Part shown: in pieces, positions 36,728-45,107 of the stretch
Numbering within the stretch: the stretch's first letter is position 1
Layout of the letters: every line of letters begins with the position of its first letter
DNA from: an uncultured Planctomycetales bacterium
Lineage (GTDB): Bacteria > Planctomycetota > Phycisphaerae > SM23-33 > FEN-1343
Assembly: GCA_964535025.1 (NCBI GenBank)
Contig: CAZHRW010000149.1
Location: forward strand, 11,932-75,931
Length of the DNA stretch: 64,000 nt
Reading direction: 5' to 3'
Program-made: the position numbers and the translations under genes
Notes under the pieces: model-generated
The model's input: the letters and a program-made list of their open reading frames with translations, nothing else
What the model was told of the DNA's origin: nothing
Databases searched by the model: none

Positions 36728-37660
36728 ATGAGAAAAACCATGGACTTCCCCGCCCTCGACGACGCCACGCGCCTCGCCCGGCTCACACCGCCGGCCGGGG
36801 CGGTCGAGATGGTGCTCGACACCGACACGTACAATGAGATCGACGATCAGTTCGCCGTGGCCTACGCGCTCCTGTCGCCCGAGCGGCTCAACGTGCGGGC
36901 CCTGTATGCCGCCCCGTTCCACAACAACCGCTCCAGCGGTCCAGGTGACGGTATGATCAAGAGTTACGAGGAGATCGGCCGCCTGCTCGAGCGGATGGGA
37001 CGCTCGGGCGACGGCCTGGTTTTCCGCGGCTCCGAGCGGTACCTGGGCGGCGCCGACGAGCCCGTCGACAGCGACGCGGCGAGGGACCTGGTGGCTCGGG
37101 GGATGGCCGATCGGGACGGACCGCTGTATGTGGTTGCGATCGGGGCGATTACGAACGTCGCCTCGGCGCTGCTGATCGAGCCGCGCCTCGTCGAGCGGGT
37201 CGTCGTCGTCTGGCTGGGCGGTCAGCCGCACTACTGGCACACGGCCCGCGAGTTCAACCTCAGCCAGGACCTCCACGCCGCACGCGTTATCCTTGGATCC
37301 GGCGTACCTTTCGGTCACATCCCCTGCACGCACGTGGCCCAGTTGCTCCGCACGACGGCCGGCGAGTTGAGGACGGACATGGGCGATGCCGGGCCGGTCG
37401 GTAAGTTCCTTCTGCAGCGTTTCTTGGAATATCGCGAGGACCTCTTCGCGTGGGCGAAGGAGATCTGGGACCTCGCGCCGATCGCGTGGCTGGTCAATCC
37501 GTCGTGGCTGCCATCGACGGTGGTTCACACCCCGCGGCTGACCGACCAGCACACCTGGTCGCCCGACCCGTTCGCCCCGCTGATGCGCGTGGCGATCGAC
37601 TGCAACCGCAACGCGATCTTCGCCGACGTGTTCGGCAAGCTCAACGCGGCGGAAACCTAA
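36728..37660 (+). CDS. Nucleoside hydrolase (IUNH family)
   Basis: VLDTDTYNEIDDQFA is the DxDxxxDD aspartate cluster of inosine-uridine nucleoside hydrolases. Unusually long upstream noncoding region, about 600 bp. Confidence 0.75.
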   Translation: MRKTMDFPALDDATRLARLTPPAGAVEMVLDTDTYNEIDDQFAVAYALLSPERLNVRALYAAPFHNNRSSGPGDGMIKSYEEIGRLLERMGRSGDGLVFRGSERYLGGADEPVDSDAARDLVARGMADRDGPLYVVAIGAITNVASALLIEPRLVERVVVVWLGGQPHYWHTAREFNLSQDLHAARVILGSGVPFGHIPCTHVAQLLRTTAGELRTDMGDAGPVGKFLLQRFLEYREDLFAWAKEIWDLAPIAWLVNPSWLPSTVVHTPRLTDQHTWSPDPFAPLMRVAIDCNRNAIFADVFGKLNAAET

Positions 37661-37685
37661 CAACCGTGGAAGTAAGGTAATAGAA

Positions 37686-37722
37686 GCGGGATGGACGAGG
37701 CGTTTGGGCCCGTCCATCCCGC
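37686..37722. terminator. Candidate bidirectional intrinsic terminator (12-bp stem GCGGGATGGACG/CGTCCATCCCGC, 13-nt loop) between convergent genes
   Basis: Perfect stem read from the sequence; pyrimidine/T-rich flanks on both sides. Confidence 0.5.
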
Positions 37723-37753
37723 CCGTTTCCCTCCGATCCGGCGATAAGACGGC

Positions 37754-38113
37754 CTAGCCTTCCGTCTCTTCGAGCTTGTCCCGCAGGATCTCGTTGATCC
37801 GCCGCATCAGGTCGACGTACTCCATCTGGGCCTCGTTGAACTTCTTGAAGGCCGGGTCCGCCACGAGCTTGTCGTGCAGGTCCTTCAGACGCCGCTTGTC
37901 GTCCAGCTCCACGGTCTCACCCATACGTTCCTGCTGGGAAAGTTTATCCATGTGCTGCTGGTACTCGGTCATCAGTTCGATCAGCTCGGGGTTGTCTTCG
38001 ACCGAATCCTTAGCGTCGCGAAGGGCTTGCGCCTGGTCGGATTGGCTGAGCGCCTCCCCGAGCTTCTCGGCGAGGTCCATCGACGAACCGGTGGTCTTCT
38101 CTGATGAATCCAT
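37754..38113 (-). CDS. YlbF/YmcA family protein (UPF0342)
   Basis: About 119-aa helical protein with the family pattern (LAEKLGEALSQSDQAQALRDAKD...FKKFNEAQMEYVDLMRRINEIL). AGGAGAGAG RBS. Confidence 0.6.
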   Translation of the reverse strand: MDSSEKTTGSSMDLAEKLGEALSQSDQAQALRDAKDSVEDNPELIELMTEYQQHMDKLSQQERMGETVELDDKRRLKDLHDKLVADPAFKKFNEAQMEYVDLMRRINEILRDKLEETEG

Positions 38114-38161
38114 AGTCTCTCTCCTGGCAAAGGACGTCCCCTCTACGTATCATAGGGCGCC

Positions 38162-40459
38162 ATGGCGGAAAAATACCTCGAAGCGATTATTGAAACGCTG
38201 GCCGACAAGCATTATCAGCCGCTGAAGATGCGACAACTCGCCCGTCGGATGGGCGTGGCGGACAGCGATTACGCGGCGTTCCGGGACGCGGTCAAGCAGC
38301 TCAAGGACGCCGGTCGCGTCGTCTACGGGCCGAAGAACGACCTGAGCCTGCCGCCGATGCCCGAGCGGGTGGTGGGCGTCTATCGTGCCAATGCGCGGGG
38401 GTTTGGGTTCATCACCCCCGAGGAGCCCAACGCGCACGGCGACCTGTTCGTCCCCGCCGGCGACAGCCTGGACGCGATGACCGGCGACACCGTCGCCGCC
38501 CGCGTGGTCCGCGGCGGAAAGCGTGACGGCAAGCGGGTTTACCGCGGCGTGATCGTCGAGATCCTCGTCCGCGGGAACAACCGGTTCGTCGGCGAGCTGA
38601 ACCGCTCCAGCGACGGGAAGGTCTGGTTCGTCATGCCCCAGGGCCGCGGGTTTTCCGATCCGATCCTCATCGACGACGCCGGCCCGGCCGCCCGCGAGGG
38701 TGTCAAGGTCGTCGTCGAGATTATCCATTACCCCAGCGGGGCCGATCTCGCCCGCGGTGTGATCGTCGAGCAGCTCGGGATGGGCGGGCCGGTGGACGTT
38801 GAGACACTTGGCATCATCCGCGAGCACGGCCTGCCGGAGGTCTTCAGCGACGGCGCGATGGCCGACGCCCGCCGGGCCCTGGAGAGCTTCGACGCCGCGA
38901 GCGATCCAAGTCGCGAGGATTTAAGGGATTGGACGATCGTCACGATCGACCCCCCCGACGCCCGCGACTACGACGACGCGGTGTCGATCCACCGGCTGGA
39001 TAACGGCGGCCGCCGGTTGGGCGTGCACATCGCCGATGTGTCGCACTTCGTCCGCGAGGGTGCCGCCCTCGACGACGACGCCCGCGAGCGGGGCAACAGC
39101 GCCTATTTCCCCCGCAAGGTCGTGCCGATGCTGCCGGAGATCCTCTCCAACGGCGTCTGCTCGCTCCAGGAGGGCCAGGACCGCTTCGTCAAGACCGCAC
39201 TGATCGACTATGACCGCGACGGCCACGTCAGCGGCGCGCGGCTGACCAACGCGGTGATCCGCTCGTCCAAGCGGCTGACCTACCGCCAGGCGCAGGAAAT
39301 AATCGACGGTAAAATCGGCGGTTACGACAAGGCCGTCGTCGAGCTCGTCCGCGAGATGGCCTCGTTGGCGCGGAGGATCGAAGCCCGTCGTCGTGAGCAG
39401 GGGATGCTCCACCTGGACCTGCCGGAGGTGGAACTGGTCCTCTCGGACGAAGGGGGCGTCGTCGACGTCGAGGCCGCCGACGAGAGCTACACGCACACGA
39501 TCATCGAGATGTTCATGGTCGAGGCCAACGAGGCCGCCGCCCGCCTGCTGGAGGGGCTGAATGTGCCGTTCCTGCGCCGCATCCACCCTGACCGGGACGC
39601 CGCGTCCGGCAAGCACCTGGCCGAGTTCGTCCGCGCGTGCGGCTACCGCATCGGCCGCGACCTCAGCCGGCGGGACATCCAGGACCTGATCCGCCGCGTC
39701 CGCGGGCGACCGGAGAGCTACGCGGTTAACCTCGCTCTGCTCAAGACCTTCGAGCAGGCGGAGTACTCGCCGATGCGGATCGGCCACTACGCCCTGGCGT
39801 CGGAGTGCTACTGCCATTTCACCAGCCCGATCCGCCGCTACCCCGACCTGACGGTCCACCGGCTCATCGACGCCCACCTGCGCGGCCACCTCGATGTCGA
39901 AGCGGTCGACGTGGGCGAGACGACGGCGCTCGGCCGCCATTGCAGCTTCACCGAACGGCGTGCCGAGCGGGCCGAGCGGGAGCTGCGCAACCTGCTGGTG
40001 CTGATCATGCTGTCCGAGCGGATCGGGGAGGTCTTCGACGGGGTGGTCACGGGCGTGACCTCGTTCGGCCTGTTCGTCCAGTCCAGTAAGTACCTTGTCG
40101 AAGGTCTCTTGCGCCTGGAGGACCTCGGCGACGACTGGTGGGAACCCGACCCGCCCCGCGGGCAGGTGGTTGCCCAGCGGACGGGCAGGCGGGTCCGCCT
40201 GGGCGACCTGCTGACCGTGCGGATCGTCCAGGTTGACCTGGCCCGCCGTGAGATGGACCTCGCCGTCGTCGGCGAGATCGGCCGCCCGCCCGGCGCGCGC
40301 AAGGCCAAGGCGGACAAGGCCAAGGGGACCGGCAAGGCCAAGGCCAAGGGGGCCGACAAGCCCAAAGGGACCGGCAAGGGCAAGGGCCCAAAGCGTCCGG
40401 CGTCGGCCGTTGGTACGAAACGCCCCAAGGGGGGCGGTAAGCGCCGTCGGGGCGGTTGA
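38162..40459 (+). CDS. rnr: Ribonuclease R
   Basis: N-terminal HTH/cold-shock domains, RNB catalytic domain, S1 domain and a Lys-rich C-terminal tail. Confidence 0.9.
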   Translation: MAEKYLEAIIETLADKHYQPLKMRQLARRMGVADSDYAAFRDAVKQLKDAGRVVYGPKNDLSLPPMPERVVGVYRANARGFGFITPEEPNAHGDLFVPAGDSLDAMTGDTVAARVVRGGKRDGKRVYRGVIVEILVRGNNRFVGELNRSSDGKVWFVMPQGRGFSDPILIDDAGPAAREGVKVVVEIIHYPSGADLARGVIVEQLGMGGPVDVETLGIIREHGLPEVFSDGAMADARRALESFDAASDPSREDLRDWTIVTIDPPDARDYDDAVSIHRLDNGGRRLGVHIADVSHFVREGAALDDDARERGNSAYFPRKVVPMLPEILSNGVCSLQEGQDRFVKTALIDYDRDGHVSGARLTNAVIRSSKRLTYRQAQEIIDGKIGGYDKAVVELVREMASLARRIEARRREQGMLHLDLPEVELVLSDEGGVVDVEAADESYTHTIIEMFMVEANEAAARLLEGLNVPFLRRIHPDRDAASGKHLAEFVRACGYRIGRDLSRRDIQDLIRRVRGRPESYAVNLALLKTFEQAEYSPMRIGHYALASECYCHFTSPIRRYPDLTVHRLIDAHLRGHLDVEAVDVGETTALGRHCSFTERRAERAERELRNLLVLIMLSERIGEVFDGVVTGVTSFGLFVQSSKYLVEGLLRLEDLGDDWWEPDPPRGQVVAQRTGRRVRLGDLLTVRIVQVDLARREMDLAVVGEIGRPPGARKAKADKAKGTGKAKAKGADKPKGTGKGKGPKRPASAVGTKRPKGGGKRRRGG

Positions 40460-40669
40460 GATCCTAACCCGTTGCGGCGGCGAAGATTCCCGGAAGTTTC
40501 CCTTGCCACGGGGCCGATAGATAGCCTAGACTTGCAGGTGCCGGTGCCGGTCGACCAGGCTGGCCAGGCGTGATGCACGCCACGTCTATGTTACAATAAT
40601 GGTAGCTACGACGACGGCTTGTGGCTCCCGGTGGCGTTCACCCTGCGTTCGTCGAGGAGTGACCGACCG

Positions 40670-41365
40670 ATGGAAGACGGCGGGGTCAAGACAAACCTGG
40701 CGACGTTCATGCGGGACAAACGCGAGGATGACGGCCAACAGGCCGCCGGCCCGTTCCTGACGATCTCGCGCCAGTACGGCTGCCACGGGTATTTCCTCGG
40801 GCTGCTGCTGGTCGACATGATCAACAACGAGCCGGGCCAGATGGCCAAGTGGAAGGTCTACCAGCGGGAGATCCTCGAACGGCTCAGCGAGGAAACCGAC
40901 CTCGGCGCCGACGAGATCAACCGCCTCCGTCGCGAAAAACCCCGCGTGCTGGTGAATTTCTTCCGCAACCTCTCGCCCAAGCGCCAGCAGCAGCCCGGCG
41001 CCTTCGAGATCCGCAACCGCATCGCCAACATGATCCGAACCCTCTCTCTCGAGGGGCATTGCATCCTTATCGGCATGGGCGGGGCGGGGGCCACCGCCGA
41101 TCTGGACAACGGCTTGCGGATCCGCCTGGAAGGGCCCAAGGAGTGGCGGGTCAAGCGGATCGTCGAGGCCGAGGGCATCACCCCCGTCGAGGCGCGCCTG
41201 CTCATCCAGCAGCGGGACGAGGAACGCGAACACCTCCAGAAGATCTACGATCTCAAGTTCCGGCGCGAGCCGCCCTTCGACATCGTCTACGACTGCGCCA
41301 GCTTCTCCCTGGCGAACCTCACGCAGCACATCATCCAGGCGATGAAGATGAAGGGCCTGCTGTAA
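40670..41365 (+). CDS. Cytidylate kinase-like family protein
   Basis: FLTISRQYGCHGY P-loop-like N-terminus typical of the cytidylate-kinase-like (PF13189) family. Confidence 0.65.
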   Translation: MEDGGVKTNLATFMRDKREDDGQQAAGPFLTISRQYGCHGYFLGLLLVDMINNEPGQMAKWKVYQREILERLSEETDLGADEINRLRREKPRVLVNFFRNLSPKRQQQPGAFEIRNRIANMIRTLSLEGHCILIGMGGAGATADLDNGLRIRLEGPKEWRVKRIVEAEGITPVEARLLIQQRDEEREHLQKIYDLKFRREPPFDIVYDCASFSLANLTQHIIQAMKMKGLL

Positions 41366-41567
41366 CCGCCCGCCGGCCTTGGGCGGGCGGGTTGATCCAG
41401 CCCGGCCGCCAACGCCTTCTTGCACGCCGTCCCTGGTTCGCGCGTGGTCCATCCCGCTGTGCGTATGAATGCGCCGCGCCCTAGAATCCAATAAGGCCCG
41501 CGACGGCGCGGGCGATGGGGGCCGCCGGTGGGGCACCTCGGATCCATATCGTCAGGAGGGCAGTCGT

Positions 41568-42032
41568 ATGAACACGTTCAAGAAGATCGTGGCGCTGGGG
41601 TTCTTCATCGGCGTCCTGGCGGTCGCCGTCGCGGCGGTGACCGTGGCTCAGCAACGCGGGGGACGGGACCGGATGCCCGGCCGGATGCCACAGGACAATC
41701 AGCAGCCCGACGACCAGATGCAGCCGCGCTGCCGCGAGTTCATGCAGCGCCGCCGGCAGATGCTCGACGAGATCGCGGCCATGGAGCAGCGGTTGATGGA
41801 AATGGTCGAAACGCTGAACACCGCCGCCGACGAGCAGGCCCGGATGGATGCGCTGGTGGCGCTGGTCAACGAGCTGGCCGACCAGCACATCGAGATGTTT
41901 AGGAAGATCCAGCGGATGCACGAAGACGGCATGCGGCACACGGGCATGCACATGCGGTACGGGCCGAGGTCCATGATGGGCTGCCCGATGATGTCCGATG
42001 ACATGGACGGCGCCGGCGACACGTCGCCGTGA
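41568..42032 (+). CDS. Hypothetical periplasmic Met/His-rich helical protein (possible metal-binding or Spy/CpxP-like chaperone)
   Basis: Signal anchor. Methionine-rich helices (MQRRRQMLDEIAAMEQRLMEMVE). C-terminal MHMRYGPRSMMGCPMM. GGAGGG RBS. Confidence 0.5.
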   Translation: MNTFKKIVALGFFIGVLAVAVAAVTVAQQRGGRDRMPGRMPQDNQQPDDQMQPRCREFMQRRRQMLDEIAAMEQRLMEMVETLNTAADEQARMDALVALVNELADQHIEMFRKIQRMHEDGMRHTGMHMRYGPRSMMGCPMMSDDMDGAGDTSP

Positions 42033-42113
42033 CCGGGCGGCCGTGGCCGCCGGGCGCACACAAACGCCCGCACGGATCCCGCGCGGGCGTCGCAGACGGT
42101 CGGTCCGGACGTC

Positions 42114-42305
42114 TCAGGCCTGCTGCGCCTGGCCCGGCTTGGGCGGCGGGCTGGCCGGATCGTGGGCGCGGAGGTAGAGTTTGGTCTTGCGCCGGAAGTC
42201 ACGGCGGAGCTTGCCCTTCTCGAAGCCGACCCCGCCCTTGCGGCCGTGGTTGGCCCGCTTGCTCCGCCAGCGCCGCAGTTTCCCGTTGCGTTGTCGATGC
42301 GACAT
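42114..42305 (-). CDS. Small highly basic protein (63 aa), unknown function
   Basis: GCAGGAGCA RBS 8 nt before the ATG. Lys/Arg-rich (ribosomal-protein-like composition), but no confident family match. Confidence 0.35.
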   Translation of the reverse strand: MSHRQRNGKLRRWRSKRANHGRKGGVGFEKGKLRRDFRRKTKLYLRAHDPASPPPKPGQAQQA

Positions 42306-42528
42306 GCTAATGCTCCTGCAAATCGTTGCTGCCTGCCTGCGAAAGACGAGAATTCTACCACGACGGCAGCGGGGAGCAATGGACTTTTTGGCCCGGCGTC
42401 GAATTCGCCGCCGCCGCCGCCGCGGGTTTTTCGCCGAACGCCGACCCCCGGGCGGCGCGGCCGCGTGTGCAGTAGGGGGCGATCACGGGCTTGTAGGAAG
42501 GATCTGTCCTTCGGTAAGATAGGGTATC

Positions 42529-43071
42529 ATGAACGCACTAGCCGTCGTGGACATTCCGTCGCTGACCATCGTGAAATACCCCGATCCCCGTCTGCGCGAC
42601 CAAGGCGAGACGGTCACGGTGTTCGACGAGCACCTCCGCGCCCTGATCGAGAAGATGTTCGAGTTGATGTACCGCTACAACGGCGTCGGCCTGGCCGCCC
42701 AGCAGGTGGGCCTGCCGCTGCGGCTGTTCGTGGCCAACCCGACGCTCAGCGAGGGCGACGAGCGGATCTACATCAATTCGGAATTGATCGACCTGTCCGG
42801 CAGCGCCGAGGCCGAGGAAGGGTGCCTGAGCTTCCCGAACCTCTACGTCGCCATCAAACGGGCCGCGACCGCCACGATCCGCGCGACCGACGCCGAGGGC
42901 AACACCTTCGAGCAGACCGGGGGGGACCTGCTCGCGCGGATCTACCAGCACGAGCACGACCACACCGAAGGACGGCTGCTGGTCGACCGGATGTCCCCGG
43001 TCGCGAAGATCGCCAATCGCCGACTGCTCAAGGCGATGGAAGACGAGTACGCCTCGCGGCAGGGGCGGTAA
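42529..43071 (+). CDS. def: Peptide deformylase
   Basis: GLAAQQVG, EGCLSFP and QHEHDH motifs. Confidence 0.9.
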   Translation: MNALAVVDIPSLTIVKYPDPRLRDQGETVTVFDEHLRALIEKMFELMYRYNGVGLAAQQVGLPLRLFVANPTLSEGDERIYINSELIDLSGSAEAEEGCLSFPNLYVAIKRAATATIRATDAEGNTFEQTGGDLLARIYQHEHDHTEGRLLVDRMSPVAKIANRRLLKAMEDEYASRQGR

Positions 43072-43110
43072 CGGCGAGAGGCGCCGCCTGTCGGCGGGCG
43101 ACGATCCCTG

Positions 43111-43605
43111 ATGGCCAAGAAGCACAAGACAGCCACCGGCCAGGCCCCGTCGGGCCCGCACGCCCCGCGGTTCCGCAACCGCCGCGCGTTCCACGAGTAT
43201 CACATCGACGAGCGGGTCGAGGCGGGGCTGGTGCTCACCGGCACGGAGGTCAAGAGCCTCCGGGCGGGCAAGTGCAACCTCGAGGAGGCCTACGCGCGTG
43301 TGAGCGGCGAGGAGGTCTTCCTCGTCGGCGCCGAGATCGCCACCTACCCCCAGGCCGTCGGCGTTCTCCAGCACGAGCCGAAACGCACGCGCAAGTGCCT
43401 GCTGCACAAGCGGCAGATCGACGAACTGGCCAAGCTCACCGCCCAGAAGGGCATGACGATCATCCCCCTGGCCGTCTACTTCCATCACGGCTACGCCAAG
43501 GTCGAGCTCGGCGTCGGTCGCGGCAAGCAGTTGCGCGACAAGCGGCGCGACCTCAAGGACCGCCAGGTCAAGCGCGACATCCAGCGGGCCATGCGGGGCC
43601 GCTAG
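43111..43605 (+). CDS. smpB: SsrA-binding protein
   Basis: Canonical SmpB sequence (FHEYHIDERVEAGLVLTGTEVKSLR...). Confidence 0.9.
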   Translation: MAKKHKTATGQAPSGPHAPRFRNRRAFHEYHIDERVEAGLVLTGTEVKSLRAGKCNLEEAYARVSGEEVFLVGAEIATYPQAVGVLQHEPKRTRKCLLHKRQIDELAKLTAQKGMTIIPLAVYFHHGYAKVELGVGRGKQLRDKRRDLKDRQVKRDIQRAMRGR

Positions 43606-43767
43606 AGGCACCATAACACACCAGCGATACCCACACGACCCGCGGCCGGTACCGCAGGCGCGCTTCGCCGGGATCATCACCCGCATCGACTTGTGTTTCG
43701 CCGTTGGCGCACGCCCCTCAATCGACACCGTCGCCCCCTTATGATCATTGTACCGCCACGCAGCAAG

Positions 43768-45099
43768 TTACGGCAACCAGGCCCCGTAGCCCCGCAGGCG
43801 GTCGCGCAGGTCATCGGTGTCCACCGCGTGGACGTTGGCGTCGGCGGTCGTCGCGGCCATCGCCGCGGCCAGGCCCGCCGCTTCGCCCATGGCCAGGCAG
43901 GGCGGCATCACGCGAATCGAGCCGTGCACGGCCCGGTCGGCCGAGACATCCCGCCCGGCCGTCAGGACGTTCCGCAGGTCCCGGGGCGTCAGGCAGCGGT
44001 AGGGGATGCCGTGCGATTCGCCGGGGCCGTAGCGGTGCGTGCCCTCTTTCATCGACTTGGGGGTGCCGTTGGCATCTTTGCGGGAGCCGTGGATGTCCAC
44101 GTAATAGTTGTTGCGGCAGATCTCGTCGGGGAAGCTCTTGCGGGCGAGGTAGTCGTCGAGGGTGAGGCGGTAGTCGCCGACGATCCGCCGGCTCTCGCGG
44201 ATGCCCATCAGCGCGCCGGTGTTGACCACGTAACTGGAGGCGAAGGCAGCCGGGTGGTAGGCGGCCAGTGCGTCGCGGAGCTGTTTCGCCATCCGGCGGC
44301 CGAGCATCATCGCGTCCGACAGCGAGGCCGGGTCGGTCGAGTCGACACCATACAGGTGGGCGGCGTTGAAGCCGACGGTGCCGGGTCCCAGCGTGTTGTT
44401 GCACAGGTGGGCGTCGAGGATGTCGGGGAAGTCCGGGTCGTCCTTGATCAGGTGGGCGGGACTGTGGGGGTTGCCGGGGTGCAGCCAGGGCCCGTGCCTG
44501 TAGTGGTAGTCGTTCACGCCGGCCAGGTCGAAGCAGTGCGTGGCGGCCTGGAGGTTGCCCTCCTCGTCGCCCATCTCAAAGTCGGCCCCGGCCCACGCGG
44601 CCAGGTCGCCGTCGCCGGTGCAGTCGACGAAGACCTTCGCCCGCAGGGCCCTCAGGCCGGCCTTGGAGGCGGTGATGATCGCATTGACGCCGCCGTGCTC
44701 ATCGCGTTGGACGGCCGCCAGCGTCGTAAACAGCCGTACCGTCGCCCCGGCGTCGGTGACCAGGTCGTCGTAGATCCGCTTGAGACCTTCCGGGTCGATG
44801 GGGACCCAGTCCATCGCGTCGTCGGCGACGTGGGGCTGTTGAGCCTTGCTCAGCGTGAACACCCGCTCGGCCAGGCCGCGATAGATGAGCTTTTCCTTGT
44901 CGGAGAACGGGCACCACGCCGGCACGAGTCCGGCGGTGCCCATTCCGCCCAGGCAGCCGGTCGATTCGATCAGCAGCGTCCTGGCGCCCTCGCGAGCGGC
45001 GGCGGTCGCGGCGGTGCAGCCGGCGGGCCCGCCGCCGGCGACGATGACGTCCCAGGTGTCGTCCAGGTCGAGCGATCGGGTGAAGGAGACGGTTGGCAT
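43768..45099 (-). CDS. FAD-dependent oxidoreductase (FAD_oxidored family)
   Basis: DVIVAGGGPAGCTAA Rossmann dinucleotide-binding motif. Confidence 0.75.
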   Translation of the reverse strand: MPTVSFTRSLDLDDTWDVIVAGGGPAGCTAATAAAREGARTLLIESTGCLGGMGTAGLVPAWCPFSDKEKLIYRGLAERVFTLSKAQQPHVADDAMDWVPIDPEGLKRIYDDLVTDAGATVRLFTTLAAVQRDEHGGVNAIITASKAGLRALRAKVFVDCTGDGDLAAWAGADFEMGDEEGNLQAATHCFDLAGVNDYHYRHGPWLHPGNPHSPAHLIKDDPDFPDILDAHLCNNTLGPGTVGFNAAHLYGVDSTDPASLSDAMMLGRRMAKQLRDALAAYHPAAFASSYVVNTGALMGIRESRRIVGDYRLTLDDYLARKSFPDEICRNNYYVDIHGSRKDANGTPKSMKEGTHRYGPGESHGIPYRCLTPRDLRNVLTAGRDVSADRAVHGSIRVMPPCLAMGEAAGLAAAMAATTADANVHAVDTDDLRDRLRGYGAWLP

Positions 45100-45107
45100 C
45101 GGGCCTC

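Noticed and set aside
33549-37660. Looked for a diversity-generating retroelement around the Avd-family gene (reverse transcriptase, TR/VR pair).
   Set aside because: No RT-like ORF and no pair of roughly 100-bp near-identical repeats differing at adenines within the window. The neighbours are a GH172-like gene and a nucleoside hydrolase.
43606-43767. tmRNA (ssrA) or a tRNA next to smpB.
   Set aside because: The 160-bp spacer has no tRNA-like acceptor/T-arm (GGTTCGA-type) motif and is too short for tmRNA. No tRNA or rRNA signatures were found anywhere in the window by eye.
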